Origin: Prochlorococcus sp. AG-679-M23
GTDB taxonomy: Bacteria; Cyanobacteriota; Cyanobacteriia; PCC-6307; Cyanobiaceae
Direction: 5' to 3'
NCBI GenBank assembly: GCA_003208875.1
Contig: QCUR01000010.1
Span: forward strand, 1-28,372
Length of the DNA: 28,372 bases
The position numbers and the translations under genes were made by a program. How positions within the stretch are numbered: position 1 is the first letter of the stretch; the number at the start of each line of letters is the position of its first letter. Below, in pieces: positions 26,012 through 28,372 of the stretch. The notes below the pieces were generated by a model that saw only the letters and a list, made by a program, of their open reading frames with translations, ran no database searches and was not told where the DNA came from.

Positions 26012-26722
26012 CTATACACTTAAAAATTTATCAATAACTGTTTGGCTTAATTCACTTGTAGGGCCACTTGCAACAATCCCTCCTCTTTGCATTGCATAAT
26101 ATCTACTTGCCTGCCTAACAAAGTGTAAGTGTTGTTCAACTAATAAAACTCCGATACCAGTTTCTTTAATTATAAGGTTTATAGCGTTTTCAATATCTAA
26201 TACTATATTTGGTTGAATCCCTTCCGTCGGTTCATCTAATAATAATAATTTTGGTTTACCTAATAGAGCTCTAGCAATTGCAAGTTGTTGTTGTTGGCCC
26301 CCACTTAGATCACCTCCTTTTCTTGGTAGAAAGTCTTTTAAAATTGGAAATAAATCATAGACACTTGAATCAATATTTTTATTTTTAGATAAACCCCCAG
26401 GAAGCGATTCCATTCCCAACATTAAGTTCTCTTCAACAGTCAGATAAGGTATTATTTCTCTTCCTTGGGGAACATATGCCATTCCTTTTCTAGCTCTTTG
26501 GTGTGGGGCCTTTCTATTTATATTCTCTCCAATAAAGTTTATTTCTCCTTTCTTTGCCTTTAATAATCCTATTAATGATTTTAATAATGTAGTTTTCCCA
26601 ACTCCATTTCGACCTATTAAACAGATCATTTCTCCAGATTTAAGGTTTAAATCTACATCTCTGAGGATATGGCTTTCTCCATAATAAGTATTTAATGATT
26701 TTACTTCTAGTAGATTTTTCAT
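26012..26722 (-). CDS. urtE: Urea ABC transporter ATP-binding subunit UrtE
   Basis: YYGESHILR, GRNGVGKTT, YVPQGREI, LSGGQQQQLAIARAL and LDEPTEGIQP. Confidence 0.96.
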   Translation of the reverse strand: MKNLLEVKSLNTYYGESHILRDVDLNLKSGEMICLIGRNGVGKTTLLKSLIGLLKAKKGEINFIGENINRKAPHQRARKGMAYVPQGREIIPYLTVEENLMLGMESLPGGLSKNKNIDSSVYDLFPILKDFLPRKGGDLSGGQQQQLAIARALLGKPKLLLLDEPTEGIQPNIVLDIENAINLIIKETGIGVLLVEQHLHFVRQASRYYAMQRGGIVASGPTSELSQTVIDKFLSV

Positions 26723-26724
26723 AT

Positions 26725-27481
26725 TTATTCCTCCGGTCTCCCTAAATAAACATCAATTACCTTTTTATCATTTTGAATAGTATCCATGGTCCCTTCACAT
26801 AATACTGTTCCTTGGTTTAAAACTGATACATTACTATCAAGTCTTCTTATGAATTCCATGTCGTGATCTATAACAACCACAGTATTTTCTCCAGATAATG
26901 ATTTTAATAAATCTGCTGTCAAATCAGTCTCCTCATCTGTAAGACCTGCAACAGGTTCATCAACTAGCATCAAATCTGGTTTTTGACCTAGTAACATTGC
27001 TATTTCTAACCATTGTTTTTGACCATGTGATAAAGCACCTGCTTTTGAATTAATTTTTTTAGATAAGTTTATAACTTTCATTAAATGTTCTATTTCATCT
27101 AATTGATCATTTTTAATTTTTTTTATTAATTAGATTTAAAGGACTTTTAGGAGTACTTACTGATATCTCAAGATTTTCTTTAACAGTTAGATTTTCAAAT
27201 ACTCTTGGGCTTTGAAATTTTCTTCCTACACCTAAACGTGCAATTTTATGTTCTTTTCTTCCTATTAATGATTTTCCTTTAAAAAAAACATCACCTTTAG
27301 TAGGTTTTACTTTACCTGTTATTACATCTAGAAATGTTGTTTTCCCCGCACCATTTGGACCAATTACAGCTCTTAATTCTCCTTTTTTTAAACTGAGGTT
27401 TAGATTATTTAATGCTAGAAAACCTTCAAAACTAACACTTATATTTTCTAAGCTTAATAGAGAATTAGTATTCTTATTCAT
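26725..27481 (-). pseudogene. urtD: Urea ABC transporter ATP-binding subunit UrtD, split by a 1-nt frameshift (real or sequencing error)
   Basis: N-half (GPNGAGKTT, GRKFQ) and C-half (LSHGQKQWLEI, DEPVAG) lie in different frames. Deleting one base from the T8 run at 27117-27124 restores ...LINKKIKNDQLDEIEHLMKV..., 251 aa. Confidence 0.9.
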
Positions 27482-28372
27482 TTTTTAATCCCTCCGTTTC
27501 ATTTTTAATTTCTAGACTTGGGTATGTTTCGATTTTCCTTTTCAGACCAAGTTTTTGAAGCAGATTCCTTGGTCCATCTCCTTGTAACCATCCTAAAACA
27601 CCTTCTGGTAATGCTGTGACTACTAGAATAAATAATCCACCCTGAATAAACATCCAGCTTGCCGGCAAAGCTTCACTTACTAAACTTTTTGCATAATTTA
27701 TTAAGACTGCTCCAAGTATTGCTCCCAATAAAGTCCCTCTTCCTCCCACTGCAACCCAAATAACCATTTCTATTGAAAATGGTACTGTCATAAATTGAGG
27801 AGATACTATTCCTGATTGAACAGTGTACAAAGCACCAGATACTCCTGCTAAACCACCTGCTATAGAAAATATTATTGTTTTAAATAAGACAGGATTGTAA
27901 CCTGTGAATCTGACTCTTGGTTCGTCATCTCTTATCCCTATAAGAATATTCCCAAATCTTCCTTTTACTACCCATTTTGAAAAAAACCATGCCGCAATAA
28001 CTAATAAGGCTGTAATCCAAAAAAACATTCTTTGGATTGATTCTGAACCAACCATTTGTCCAAAAAGTTGAGTTACATCAGTTTTTAACCCGTTAGTACC
28101 ATTAATAAGCTTTTGTTGTCCATTAAAGAAATTAAAGAATACTAAAAGAGCAGCTTGGGTAAGTATTGAAAAATACACACCTTTTATTCTGTTTCTAAAA
28201 ACAAGAAATCCAAGTATTCCTGCAACTAATGCAGGTATCACCCAAATTGCAAATAAACTAAAGATTGGAGATCTAAATGGTTCCCAGAAAAATGGTAAAT
28301 TATCTACGCCATAAAGTCCAAAGAATTCTGGAATATTATTTGGAAATTCAGAAGAGCTTGTTATCTGTAGGT
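27474..28372 (-). CDS. urtC: Urea ABC transporter permease UrtC (5'-truncated by window edge)
   Basis: RIKGVYFSILTQA, GTNGL, IRDDEPRVRFTGY and SIEMVIWVAVGGRGTL; frame open to the window end. Confidence 0.95.
   Translation of the reverse strand, partial: LQITSSSEFPNNIPEFFGLYGVDNLPFFWEPFRSPIFSLFAIWVIPALVAGILGFLVFRNRIKGVYFSILTQAALLVFFNFFNGQQKLINGTNGLKTDVTQLFGQMVGSESIQRMFFWITALLVIAAWFFSKWVVKGRFGNILIGIRDDEPRVRFTGYNPVLFKTIIFSIAGGLAGVSGALYTVQSGIVSPQFMTVPFSIEMVIWVAVGGRGTLLGAILGAVLINYAKSLVSEALPASWMFIQGGLFILVVTALPEGVLGWLQGDGPRNLLQKLGLKRKIETYPSLEIKNETEGLKNE

Overview
Very AT-rich picocyanobacterial chromosome segment, most consistent with a high-light Prochlorococcus (inferred from gene content, compact spacing and Lys/Asn/Ile-rich proteins). 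It runs from a Cys-type glutathione peroxidase, purT and pepN to the 3' part of the urea transporter operon (urtC partial, urtD frameshifted, urtE). In between are rpsU, peptidase E, a GNAT, a TauE/SafE exporter, an ABC-2 exporter, a PetP-like protein, an HNH protein, nucleoside/nucleobase salvage genes and many small hypothetical proteins, about a dozen of them missed by the ORF track. No rRNA, tRNA, CRISPR, integrase or transposase was seen. Best leads: (1) a structured small RNA with a possible pseudoknot at ~20871-20985, followed by a 27-aa peptide under an NtcA-type promoter; (2) a nucleoside 2-deoxyribosyltransferase with two substituted active-site residues, coupled to a phosphoribosyltransferase; (3) a divergent MTHFR-fold gene paired with a renalase-like oxidoreductase; (4) two hidden pairs of paralogous small proteins; (5) an acidic/basic micro-protein pair; (6) slippage-type lesions (41-bp duplication, 19-bp array, urtD A8). 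All family assignments come from motif recognition by eye, not database searches.
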